DNA of 63,940 nt, filler included, from Octopus bimaculoides (GCF_001194135.2; 8 parts of 7 records of this genome joined end to end with filler, not necessarily neighbours in it), one strand, 5' to 3'. Positions 12,893-25,135 are shown, counted from the whole stretch's first letter. Made by a program: numbers and translations. Notes: generated by a model from the letters alone, not told the origin.

Positions 12893-13850
12893 ATTTTGGG
12901 ACACCAACCTGGATGTTGATACTGTTGGTAAGGTTGAGCAAATCGAACAAACTGTCGTAAACAAAAGTCTTGCCCTCCATGAAACTCCTAGGGACGACAT
13001 GATTTCTAGTGATTACACTGTAGCTACGGAGAAAGAAGAGACAGAAACCGAGCAAGTTGTTACTTCTATTGAGGAAGAAGAAAGAACATTTTTCATAAAA
13101 GACGTTGTCGATCCTTTGTCAAAGAATCTTATATCTTTCCAAGAAGGCATTGTGCGAGGAATCATTGATCAAACAAACGCTCGTTATGTTAATCCTTACA
13201 CAAGAGAAAGCATGCCCATCAGAGAAGCCATGAATTCAGGTCTTGTGAAACTAGAGTGGACCACAAGAAATAAAATTCGAGAAGAGAAAAGATCCTTTGG
13301 TTTGATAACTATCAAAACAACCAGAGACAGCCGTCCGTACAACATTATGCAAGTCATAGATCCGTCCACTAACAAACCCATTCCAACAACAGATGCCGTC
13401 AAGAAAGGTATTCTTGATATTACAAATTCTGTGTATGTAAAAGGCCCTGATGATACTGTTCCAATTCCAGAAGCCATTGACATGGGGAAGGTCATCATCG
13501 AATATACTGGTAGTAAAGATGCGAAGCCTGACGTTGTGACCAAAACATATGCAGTTCATGCTATTGTTGATCAGAAAAAGAAAGACAGAGTGCCTTTCGC
13601 TGAGGCAATCACCCAGGGATTGTTCGATAAGCAAAATGGTATCTATATCAACAATGTTACTGGAGCCAAAATACCTGTCGGGGAAGCTATTGCGCAAGGT
13701 TTCATTAAGGCTCGTTTGGTAACCGATCCAAGCAAATTAGACATAAACCCAGAAAACACTGTTGTCATTGAAAGAGTTCAGAATGTGCGAGATAAGATTA
13801 CTAAAGGTTTGAAGGTGGTTAGTGCCATGAAAGCTGCCAAAAAAAATTGA
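12893..13850 (+). CDS. Plectin-repeat protein terminal exon: acidic linker plus six plectin/plakin-type repeats
   Basis: Acceptor ttactttactttTAG ends at 12892, and the frame continues into ORF 12999-13850. Repeats of the type vvDP.s...isf.EAi..Gii, e.g. KDVVDPLSKNLISFQEGIVRGII, VIDPSTNKPIPTTDAVKKGIL, YINNVTGAKIPVGEAIAQGFI. Joined CDS is 1434 nt = 477 aa + stop. Confidence 0.9.
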
Positions 13851-13930
13851 TTCCTGAACATTATGAACCATCCTATCCAGGAAGAGGGTCGGATCGAAAC
13901 AAAAGCCAATTCAATTGGAGTTTTGAATTT

Positions 13931-13936
13931 AATAAA
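13931..13936 (+). terminator. Candidate polyadenylation signal of the plectin-repeat gene
   Basis: First AATAAA, 80 nt after the TGA. Confidence 0.45.
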
Positions 13937-14199
13937 GCTGAACATATTTGATAAAATTTAGCAGTAAATAATTATGACATATGCTTCCACTAATAATTTA
14001 GCAGTAATAATCATAACACATAATACCATTAATTAAAAATATTAACAGTAAAGGTTGATGGTACATATTATCCCTAATACTCATTTCGGCATATATGTAC
14101 GCACGCACAAAAATACACACACATACGCGTGCCTATAATATTAGTGATAAAAGTGTTAGTTTATTTCTCTTTATACTTGTTTTGTGATTCTAAAGTTTC

Positions 14200-14678
14200 T
14201 AAACTTAGTGTATATTTAAAGACTGGTTTCCTTCTTCTTTATTAGTTTCACATGTTTTGGAGAGATTTACTTGAAGGAAATAATTTATTTTCCCCCATAT
14301 ATTATATTCTAAAGAAATGAGGTAAAATATTAAAGAGATTTGTGGGTATTTCATTGTCTAATATACTCTAATAAAACATATATTTTCATTATAGATTTTT
14401 ATGCAAAATTACAAGATCTAGTTATATTTAAATAATGTCAGTATATATAAGTTTCTGCATAATATCCCAGCATTTATTACCTATTAAACAAATTTAACGA
14501 CGGTGTTGACAAAAATTATCATCGGATATTGTTTTCTTTTGTTAAAGCGTGTAAATTAAATTTTTATCACGTCCTGCGACTAATATCCACTTCAGAATAG
14601 TTTTCAATTCATTAGATATCTGCACGTTATTTTTTTCGGGGCATTTTAAGCTATTTTAAGACATAAATGCATGCATGT

Positions 14679-14767
<89 letters not shown>

Positions 14768-16800
14768 CACAAAGAAATAGTGGTTCTTTTATTGTATATA
14801 GCTGACGTGTTTTGTCATGGAGAGCAACTGAAATTTTCTATTGCAAATGAGGTTTTCTTACAGACTGTTTATTAACATAATCATAAACATGTCAATGAAT
14901 TTTATTTATTATTCTTTTCTCATGAAACCATTATTTGGGAAGATAGAAAATCTATAATTGGGTTCAGATCATCTTTATAGTGCGTTTAATATGGGATTAT
15001 TCTATAAATGTTTATGGGTGAGAACTAAATGAGGTGATGTAATAATTAGCTTACATTTTGTTTTAATAATTCGTCCATGTTGAATGATTAGAAAAGTATA
15101 TGGGATATAAAGAATTACTATAGTTGTAAGTTAATAAGGTCTGCACTCTTTTGTCTTTGATCTTTCATTGCTTTAAACGATAGCTAAATCTCCAAAAATC
15201 AACTCGGAAATCTATGCTGCCAGGTAACTTATTGTGATATATTTGTTATGATTTGCTCAAAGTAAATCAAACTAGTGCTTAAAGAACAACCTTTCTCCAT
15301 TCAATAGATAGATTGAAATACTATCTGCAAATAAATCTGTAGAATCTTGGCACAAACTACCAGTCATTCGAATCGCTGCATATATGTATACACACATACA
15401 TACATTTATCATATTGTAATTTGTTCGTTTTATACGTTTAAATTTTCTTAGACTAGTAAATATTTACACATATATTTCATTCTTCTAAGTAGTTTCATAA
15501 TTTCCACGTCAGCTTTACTGGCCATAAACAATTCTTTTTCTCCGATCTTATCTTCTAAGGCATTGGAAAATCCTATAAGGTTAAATTGTAGATTATGATA
15601 ATTTATTTATATACCCAATTAAAACAATTATTTGCACTGCACTCTTTTTAATGCAAAAATACAAATCTAGTTATATTTATATCTATAGTTATATTTACGC
15701 CTAGTTATACTTTTGTCTTTAAGTAATTTTTCAGCTATCATTACCTCAAAGTATTACCTCTATTTAGAAATCAGAAAATTAACGATGATATTCACAAGAA
15801 TTATATCATCGAAATTTGTGTTGAGTGAGGGTTAGAGGGTAGGAAATATGTAATTCTATTTATTTATCACGCCTTGAAACTATAAAACAGTTCAAAAGTG
15901 TTCTTAAGACAATAAGCATCCGCGCATTATATTTCGGAATATTTTAAGTTATTTCAGTATACATACATACATACATACATACATACATACATGCAAACGT
16001 ACGTACATACATACATCCATACACGTACGTGTGTACGTATGTATTTATGTATGTGTGTCTCGTCTGTGTATATATATATATATATNNNNNNNNNNNNNNN
16101 NNNNNNNNNNNNNNNNNNNNNNNNNNNNNNNNNNNNNNNNNNNNNNNNNNNNNNNNNNNNNNNNNNNNNNNNNNNNNNNNNNNNNNNNNNNNNNNNNNNN
16201 NNNNNNNNNNNNNNNNNNNNNNNNNNNNNNNNNNNNNNNNNNNNNNNNNNNNNNNNNNNNNNNATATATATGTAAATATATATATTTATATATATGTATA
16301 TATACACACGCGCGTGCACACATACAAGCAGAACGGTTCTTTTATTGTATATAGCTGGCATATTTTGTCATGAAAAGCAACACAAATTTTCGAATACAAA
16401 TGAGATTTTCTTATAAACTAATTATTTACATAACAATAAACGTTCCGATGTATATTATTCATTGTTCTTTTCCCATGAAAAAATACTATTTGAGAAGAAA
16501 TATATAACTTATACTATGAGTAGATATGTTTAATATGGGATTATTCTATAAATGTTTATGGGTGAGAACTAAGTGAGGTTAAGCAATTAGTCTACCTTCT
16601 TGAAAATGTCTGTGGGATATAATGGGTTTGTTTCTCTAATTGAAGGCAAATAAAGTCTGCGCCCTTTTGTCTTTGATCTTTCATTACTTCATATGATAGC
16701 TGAATCGTTAAAATCAAAGCGAAAACGTTATACTACTAAAGTACTTATATTTGTAATGATTTGCTCAAAATAGATAAAACGAGTACACAGAAACGAAAAT
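14200..16800. repeat. Old diverged tandem duplication (unit 1 about 14.2-15.3 kb, unit 2 about 15.45-16.8 kb)
   Basis: Colinear matching blocks: atgcaaaa(t/a)tacaa..tctagttatattta (14401/15652), 23-bp identity (14782/16335), 45-bp identity (14984/16528), 22-bp identity (15148/16664). Both units carry an AT/TACA microsatellite at the same position. Confidence 0.85.
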
Positions 16801-17954
16801 CCCTTGGAGTACTGTTTGCAAGGAAGTCAGCTAATAATTATATTGTATATTCAACGTGTAATCTTATACCAGAGCGAGGTATATTTGAATTAAATCATAC
16901 ATCCATACATGATCATATAAACTAGGAGATAAATTATGAGCATTTCATACCTGAATATGTAATTTATAGCTATCTTCAAAGGCAAAAAAGTGGCGCAGAT
17001 GAGTTTGAGAAAGTTTCGCTTAATTATCATGCAAAGCAGAAATCAAAGTTGCAAGATTTATATTGTTAATGAAACAGGGGGTAAAAAAAAAATGATGTTA
17101 ATAGTCGATATTTCTAGTGCAAAGTCATAAGCGAAGTTGCAAGGTACAGTCATATTAAATATACATTTAGTTTTGTTGATTATTATCTATGGTACTTATG
17201 CAACTATTTTTTCCTACTAATTCTAATATCATTTATATTATTATTATTATTACTAATATCATACTAAATATCAGCCGAAACTTTGGAATGAAACCGTTGT
17301 GATTAGATATACTAGTCATTCCAGCTAGGGTATCGAAACATTTTGGCTTCAGTAGCAAGATAATTTACTTTACAATACATCACTAACACGCTTACAGCCG
17401 ACACTACTGTCACGCATCCTAATCTCTTTTCACTAGTTATGACAACAGTCACTATTACTAAACTGAATAAACCGACAGAAATAACAAATCCGGTTGAATA
17501 AACTACTATATATTCTAATTCAAGCAATAACGGGGCCGATTTTCCTCCTTTGTCCCTCTGAGGTTGAGAGTATAAATCTAATTAATGCGCTTGTGGTTAG
17601 TTAATATTTCTATCAATCATCCTTTCCAAAAGTGACCTTATGCGTAATCTAAAACATCAACATTAGTAACACTTGACTTTTTTTTTCTCTAAATTACAAT
17701 TATTAAGTAAGACGATCAGTTGTAATTAAAAAGATTAACTAAAACATATAACAAATATTTCCAATTGAATCATTTTTTGTATTTGTATTCTAACTCTATA
17801 AACTTCTCTATTGGTCAAAGCCACACTCCCACTTTGTATTTGTCACACACTAAAATAAACAACAGTTATGTTTAAAAAAACAACGTTATGAAATAAAATT
17901 TATTTTGTTTGCAAATGTTCTTTTGTTATTTTTACTTTTCGTCGCATAATAATC

Positions 17955-18138
17955 CTTTCTACTATAGGCACATGGCCCGAACCTTTTGTGCTGAAATCCA
18001 AGTGCTCAAGTGGTACTTATTTTATCAACGCCGAAAGGATGAAATGCAAAGACAACCTCGGTGAAATTTTGAACTCAGAACGTATAGACGGACGAAACGC
18101 CGTTTTGTCTGGTGCTGCAACGATTCTGTCGGCTTGCT
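17955..18138 (-). mobile_element. SINE family A copy
   Basis: Reverse complement of the family A head and core (gcaagccgacagaatcgttgcagc...ctgagttcaaaatttcaccgagg). Confidence 0.7.
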
Positions 18139-18291
18139 ACATTTCGTCGCGTAATAATGAAACGATTTGAATCGAGTCAATGAGCAAATTGATCTCATTG
18201 TTTTTTTTTTTCCTTATTCGTTGGTTGGATGAATATCATATAAAAAAAAAAAAACTGAGATTCAGAGACATGTTGAAGTGAAAGTTCAGAT

Positions 18292-18346
<55 letters not shown>

Positions 18347-18489
18347 TGAAGTAACACGTACTCACAAACACGCACAAACATGCACACATACACACACGCA
18401 CTGACAGACACAGTCACATACATACTTTATTACTCGCGCTCACACACTCGCACCGCGATCCCACGTTACAATCTCAATCTCACGAGTTT

Positions 18490-19129
18490 CTTCTACTGCT
18501 GAGACAACGAGGAAAAATTTGGTGTGGTCAACGTACCAGCTAGAGATAACTAAATAAATATCTTGCATTAGAATAGAGATATAATATGCTGAAGGAAGAT
18601 ATAAACTTTGGTATTGAGGAGTTGAAATAAAAGATGCAGGCTAAAGCATCCAAACTGAAAAGATTTCTACAAAAGAATACAATACAGAATCAATAGAACG
18701 CTCCAGTACGACTGTACCAAGACCTCGGGAGTAGAATATAGTAAGACAGACTGAAACCAGATGCAGAAGAAAGCAAAAGACTTTGGTCAAGCATCTATGT
18801 ACAATGAGGTACAATATAATAGATATGCTGAATGGCTTAAAAATTTGAGTGGGGTTAAAACAAATGCGAGGCAAAGTGATATTGAAATAACAACTCTGAT
18901 GATATGCATGCAAACCCAAAGGATCTCAACTGGAAAGCTTCTGGACCTGATTGGGTCAAGGGCATTTAATTGAAGGAGCTGATATCTTTACGTGAACGAA
19001 TCGCAGCTCAAATGGCTTGTTATACAACCGGCAGAGATACCCGTAAAGATGACAGCTGGTAAGTTAGTATTCTGTCAGAAGGATCCTTCTAAAGTTAATG
19101 CAGTAGATAATTATAGACCCATATCTTGC
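18490..19129 (+). mobile_element. R4/Dong-like LINE fragment (pre-RT to start of RT)
   Basis: Degenerate NWKASGPDWV..., then IPVKMTAGKLVFCQKDPSKVNAVDNYRPISC, truncated at 19129. Confidence 0.75.
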
Positions 19130-19900
19130 ATAATAATTGCTCCAGCTTTTAAGTTAAAGCGATGTGGAAGCATTCCGGAAGGTGTAAGAAAGTGTATAAA
19201 TTCCATGGGATAATTCTGGACTTCTTCTTCATTATCAGAAGTTACTGATTCGGTGCTTAGATATATCTTAGTTTCAGTGGGCAATCTACTTAGAATTTCT
19301 TCATTGACTCCTAAGCAGTACGAATTTTTAGGGGATAAGGCCACTCTATTTTTCATTTCTTCTGCTGCCCCAGGAATATCAATAGTATCTTCTGCGAGAT
19401 TATCAAGAAAGCTTTGAAGAAATACACTTTTAAGTTGTAGTAGCCAACTCGAAAAATCTTGTTCATTTGTATTTGCTCTCATGTATTGCATAAGTTGTAT
19501 TTGATGAAAATTATTCCACATAGAGGAGCGTTGGAGGTAAGCATCAAGTACAGCTGCAGGAGGAGCTCTTGTAACAACTAGAAGAACTTGTCTAAAATAT
19601 CCTCCTAGTTTGATAATTTTCCCATCAAATATACTATTACAATTCATATCTGATAAACAATTATCTATAGCTTTCAAAGCATAAACTGGTATCATTGAAG
19701 CTTTGTCAATAATGAAGTTTTTTACTCGCCTAAGAATGTTTCCATGATCAGAATTTGGTGGAACATTGCACACACTTGTTTCACTCAAAGGAACTGGAAG
19801 CTTGAATATTCCGTGAAGTATTTTACCACTTTTCAAGAGTGTTGCAGCAATGCCAGTCCAGAAGCCAAGGGAAATAACTCGAATTTAATCCTGACTTATC
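19128..19900 (-). mobile_element. Helitron PIF1-helicase fragment
   Basis: FWTGIAATLLKSGKILHGIFKLP, IIDKASM (IIDEASM), GGYFRQVL (GDFRQ), MRA...DFSSWLLQL and NYPMEFIHFLTPSGMLPHRFNLKAGAIIM match Helitron Pif1 motifs. Confidence 0.88.
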
Positions 19901-19919
19901 TCCCTTAGCGTGACAGACA

Positions 19920-20480
19920 CCGACGGCACAAACGTATTGAGATATAGATAATAATCAGAAGACAAGAAATCACGGAAACGTTGACGATTACCAGTTACTG
20001 GAAGACAACAAGGATAGAGAAGGTCCCTAACTTTTGGCTAAAACACCTCACCAGTACTCACTCACATAGCATAAGATATAACAATAATGAACAAGGAGAA
20101 GCACGTTGCCTACTGATTAATCCATCATGTCTTTTTGATTTCAGTATTGTGAAGAAGGAGACGAAAAATTCAAAAATACAATCCCTTAAAATTTGAACTG
20201 TGAGAATTAGGAATATGAAAACTGTAAAAGCTGTGCCTGTAATTATTGATGCATTAGGGCTTATGATTAATGATATAGACGAATGGTTGCAGGAGATTGG
20301 AATGGAATGCCTTGTAGAGCTTCTACAGAAAACTTGGCTCTTAGGAAAAGGAAAGGTTATAAGAAGTGTTTCGATTATTTGAAATATTATTGAAAACTTG
20401 CGGTTATCTAAGATTATAGGTAGTAACTTGGTACCCACATGAATTCGGGAATAAGACCAAACCTGAGTCAAGTCGAATAA
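19920..20480 (+). mobile_element. RT-deleted R4/Dong-like LINE: pre-RT piece fused to the REL domain and 3' UTR
   Basis: SYWKTTRIEKVPNFWLKHLTSTH joined directly to CLLIN..., then MKTVKAVPVIIDALG...ELLQKTWLLG...; ends in aataataacaat. Confidence 0.75.
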
Positions 20481-20489
20481 TAACAATAC

Positions 20490-20745
20490 TATCTACTACA
20501 AGCATAAGCCCGCAAGTCTGGGTGAAGGAGTGAGTCGATTTTATAGACCTCAGTCCTCAACCGATACTTATTTTATTGACTCTGAAAAAAAAAAACGAAA
20601 GGCAGAAGTGACCTCGGTCACATTTGAACTCAAAATGTAAAGGCAGAAGAAATGCTGCTACGCATTGTGTACTTTATTTTATCGACCCCGAGAAAATGTA
20701 ACTCATAGTTGATCTCAGCGGGATTTGAACTAACAGTGATTCTAC
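20490..20745 (-). mobile_element. Decayed SINE family A copy with a partial second copy
   Basis: gatacttattttattgac...gaaaggcagaagtgacctcggtcacatttgaactc, followed by a second tactttattttatcgaccccga...gggatttgaact. Confidence 0.6.
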
Positions 20746-21318
20746 CAGCTAAACGCCCCTACCCCAAAGCTTAATTACATCCGTGATGGCGTGAAAAATC
20801 ACTGGCGTTAACGTTATATCATAAACGCAAGCGATAATGTCGAAAAGGAAAAAAAAAAGACAGAAAAAGATATACTATAAAGTAGTAAAACTTTACTAAG
20901 TTTAATAATAACTCTGGGCAGGTTTCAGTGTTATTAGATCTCTTCGGTGAAACTTAGTCTTACTGATACATACAAAGTAATAGAATAACAGAGATTATGC
21001 AGACATTTTAGTGGAAAAAACATGTCCTGGATATCAATCTGAAGGCTTATGAATATATTTCTTTGTATTGGGAATTATGATGCAAGTAGCAGTAGCGGCA
21101 GCAGCAGCAGCAGCGGCAGTAGCATTGACAGTAGTAGTAGTAGTAGCAGTAGTAGCAGTAGTAGCAGTAGTAGTAGTAGTAGTAGTAGTAGTAGCAGTAG
21201 TACTTGTTGTAGTAGCAGTAATAGTAGTATCAGCAGCAGTAGTGGTAAAGGTAGTGATGGTGGGGTGGTGTTGGTGGAGTTGGTGCAAGTGGTGGTAGTG
21301 GTTGTAATATTGTTGTTG

Positions 21319-21350
<32 letters not shown>

Positions 21351-21589
21351 AGTAGTAGTAATAGTATTAGTAGTTGTAGTAGTGGAGGAACTAGCTGCTT
21401 GAGTTTAGAAAATGACCGGAAGACAACGCTTATACTCCAGCGCTTCTCACTCTCTATTAGCTCTGACTACAAAGACAAAATGTTTCTATAAATATACATA
21501 CACATACACACACAAATATATATGTGTGTGTGTGCGTGCGCGTGTGTGTGAGTGTGTGTATGTCTGTATATATATATATATATATATAT

Positions 21590-21689
21590 NNNNNNNNNNN
21601 NNNNNNNNNNNNNNNNNNNNNNNNNNNNNNNNNTTAATTAATTAANNNNNNNNNNNNNNNNNNNNNNNNNNNNNNNNNNNNNNNNNNNN
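21590..21689. other. Artificial scaffold spacer N44-TTAATTAATTAA-N44 (also 30916-31015, 40743-40842, 48607-48706, 55127-55226, 61073-61172, 62445-62544)
   Basis: Identical 100-bp layout seven times; TTAATTAATTAA gives stops in all six frames. Confidence 0.95.
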
Positions 21690-21725
<36 letters not shown>

Positions 21726-21812
21726 TTTATTTAAATAAAGCATATTACTCTACCTCTGGTATTTGAGTACTCTTTTTTCCACCTTGTTGCACATTTTATG
21801 AGCTTACTCCGG

Positions 21813-21848
<36 letters not shown>

Positions 21849-21849
21849 T

Positions 21850-24800
21850 CATTTTTAGAAAAACATAAATCCGGAGAAGAAGCACACTCTAACAAGTAGA
21901 GCAGTCTTTATTTTTTTCTGGTGAAGGCCAGTTTATTGATTACCCTGAGTATCCCGTCCATAAAGGGTTTAACTTTAACAAGAAAAAATATATACATATA
22001 CATATATACTCTGGCTACTACTGTAAAACAGTACATGAATGACTTTCAAAAAGTAAACAAAACTAAAATAACAAAGAAAGTACCATCATGGGTTTTGAAG
22101 ATAGAGAAAAAGATAAATGGTCTACGGAAGACCAATGATGCTTATTGAATGCAAACAAGCAGATCACTATACGTCCCACCAACAGAAAGTAAAGAAGGAG
22201 ATAGAAATGATGTTTGGAGACCGCAAAAAAGAGGACACTTACTTGCAAACTGATTACCCTCAGACAGGAGCTAAAAGCTGTCAGTGAAAAATTCCGACAT
22301 CAGAAGAGAATAACTGAGAGAAGAACAATAAACAAAAAATTTAACCGGAACCAGGCAGTAGTATACAGAAACATGATAGGCGGAACAGTGAACATCACAG
22401 AAGCTCCTTCACGAGAAGACATAGACTCCTTCTGGAGGTAAATTTGGAATGAAGAGAAAGAGTTTCACTAAGAGGCTCTGTGGCTGGAAGAAATCCGAAG
22501 TTATTGCTCCTGCGTTACACCCAAGACATACAACATTGAAACACTTGCAACTGTGATCCAGAAACACCAGGATGGAAAAGCAACTGGAAGAGACTTAATT
22601 GTTGGATATTAGTAGAAGAGGCTAACCTTCTACCGGCTATATCTTATCAATCTGTACCAGCAAGCTTTCATTGGTAATAGTAGCATACCATACTGGTTAG
22701 CTCTGACAGTGACAAAATTGATCCCCAAATGCAGAACTACGCACATGACAAAAAACTACCGGCCAGTTGCATGCCAGAACTGTATGTGTAAGATATATGC
22801 AACATGCTTAAACCTCTTCCTCCAGGACCATTGTGAAACCAATAACATCACAGTAGAACAAGCAACTGGGAAGAAGGGAGTCTGGGGATGTGGTGAACAA
22901 TTGTTAATCAAGAAAACCGTGAGGTGCAAGAGCATAGGAGGAACCTTTGACTCTGTTCCCCACTCATGGATGCTAGAAGCCCTTCAGCTTGCTTAAGTTC
23001 CAGTGAGCATAGTCAAAGCCTTAGCTGACCTGACATCATCGTAGGCCACCATCTTGAAATTAAACACGAAGAGTGACTGAATTATCACTGATAGAATACA
23101 GTATCGCAAATGCATATTCCAAGGGGACAGCCTCTCTGTGATGTTGTTTATACTTTCAGTAAACCCCTTGTCATTCATGTTAAGGAAGTTTGAACGATAT
23201 TTCACTGGTCCACAAGGAAACAGAAATACCAAAATTACACATTGTTTCTTTGTGGATCATTTGAAACTTCAAGCAAAGAATATGCATGAGATGAAAAAAA
23301 AAAGCCTTGACCTAGTTACAAGATTCTCAAAGGATGTAGCGTTGAAGTTTGATCAGGGTAAATGTTATATGGTTGTGAAAAGGTGGAAAACTAAACCAGA
23401 CTAGCAACATCACCATCAATGATTTGATTGTTTCCCCTGTATCTGACAAGGAATGTTACAGGTATCTAGGGATGGATGAAACCACATCTTACAATGACAC
23501 CTGTAACAAAACATGTGTCACTAAAGAATATTACAGCCGAATAAAGAAAATTTGGACCTCAGAACTCTCTGCATCCAATAAAACAGTGGCCCACAATGTA
23601 TTTACAGTGCCAGTAATCATACCAACATTTGGGCTGCTTGAATGAACGCTTGATGAGCCATTGATGTGAAAACCCGAAAAATACTAACAAGCACACATAA
23701 TTTCCACATAAGCAGTGACGTAGACCAGCTCTACCTAAAACGAAAACAAGGCGACAGAGGCTTAACATCGATCCAAAATGCCTTTGAATGTCTTATCATA
23801 TCCCTTCGGCAACATCTTTTAACCACCAAGTGTCGAAGTGCATCAATTGACTAAGTTTGCATACATGAGGCTGATAACATCATAAGACTTGGAAGGCNNN
23901 NNNNNNNCTTCGGCAACATCTTTTAACCACCAAGTGTCGAAGTGCATCAATTGACTAAGTTTGCATACATGAGGCTGATAACATCATAAGACTTGGAAGG
24001 CAGCTCCTTGAGCAACATTCCTTGTCTGATAACCTAGAATACATGCCTAAAGAAGTCGTACGACTCTACCGCAACATATCATCAGATGAAAGGATGAGCC
24101 TATAAAAGCAGAAGACTACGCATGAACATGTTAGTAGACAGTTCCGTGATGAAAATAACATCGATCATCAAATCAGTCTAACATGAACCAATAGCCGGAT
24201 TACTACCTCCCACTTTGAAGGGTATGCTTTTGCAATCCAGGAACAGGAAATATCAACCAAATACCTGATGCACAATAGGGATAGAGATGCAGAAAAAGCA
24301 GTAAAATGTAACAACTGATGCAGACTTTTTGGAGTTAACACCGAAGATATCACCCACATCATAAGCAGTTGTCCAAAAATTTCATTAAAGTATGAGACAT
24401 GATGTAAGCTAGGACACTCTATAATGAAATCTGTCAGAAGGATAATCCAGAGAACAAAGAAATAGGAGCCCACGGTATGGTAGAAGACATAGCCACTCAT
24501 AATAAAAAGGAATACTGGTGGAATGTCCCAGTAAAAACCTCAGTAAAATGTAAGCACAAGAAACCTGATATAACAATTTGAGATAGAGGAGAGACACTGT
24601 ATAGTTGTGGAAATATGCTGCCCAGCGGATGTTAACATAATGCTGAAAATCAGTGAAAATGAAAATACCTACGCTGAACTATTGAGAAGTCTGCAGTTAT
24701 TCTGTCCAGATTTCAAGTCCAGGTTTATACCTATAATTATTGGGGTCCTGGGATAGGTAACACATTGCTTAAATACCAAGAGAAATTAAGCTTCTCAAAA

Positions 24801-25135
24801 CCAGAATGGAGAAAGCTAATTCGAAGACTACAAATCCAATCCATCACTGGAACTATAAAAATCTGTAAAACTTCCCAGAAGTTTATCATTTAAATATATA
24901 TGAGCATGTCTAGATATGCAACTATATGCGTGGGAATACATAAAACAAAACTTACAAATCTGCACATATACATACATACATACATACATACATACATACA
25001 TAGAAACAAAAATACCATATTGTTGATGTTGAAATTCCAATGAAGGAGCCTTGGATCTAGGTTAGAAACTGACTCTTTCTCTATTGGTAAGAAATCTTGA
25101 AATAAAGTTGAACAATGATGTACCTACCTACCTAC
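21850..25135 (+). mobile_element. Long degenerate R4/Dong-like non-LTR retrotransposon (RT, CCHC knuckle, REL endonuclease, 3' UTR)
   Basis: NYRPVAC, FDSVPHSW, FQGDSLS (about 23120), FFVDHLK (YxDD site), YRYLG, CRLFGVNTEDITHIISSCP (about 24319), KKPDIT...VEICCP...K, FIPIIIGVLG. Many stops and frameshifts; ends in (TACC/TACA)n. Confidence 0.88.

Noticed and set aside
12999-13001. ATG 12999 as the start of the plectin-repeat protein
   Set aside because: The frame extends upstream to a good acceptor at 12892 and joins four upstream exons in phase.
20964-21038. Minus-strand phase 0/0 open exon candidate (IDIQDMFFPLKCLHNLCYSITLYVS)
   Set aside because: No recognisable domain, weak acceptor, and it lies across an artificial spacer from the C1 exons.
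23804-24001. 94-bp direct repeat inside the long LINE
   Set aside because: The copies flank a 10-N gap, the signature of an unmerged contig overlap. The same applies at 58278-58287 and probably to 770-839 versus 1396-1481.
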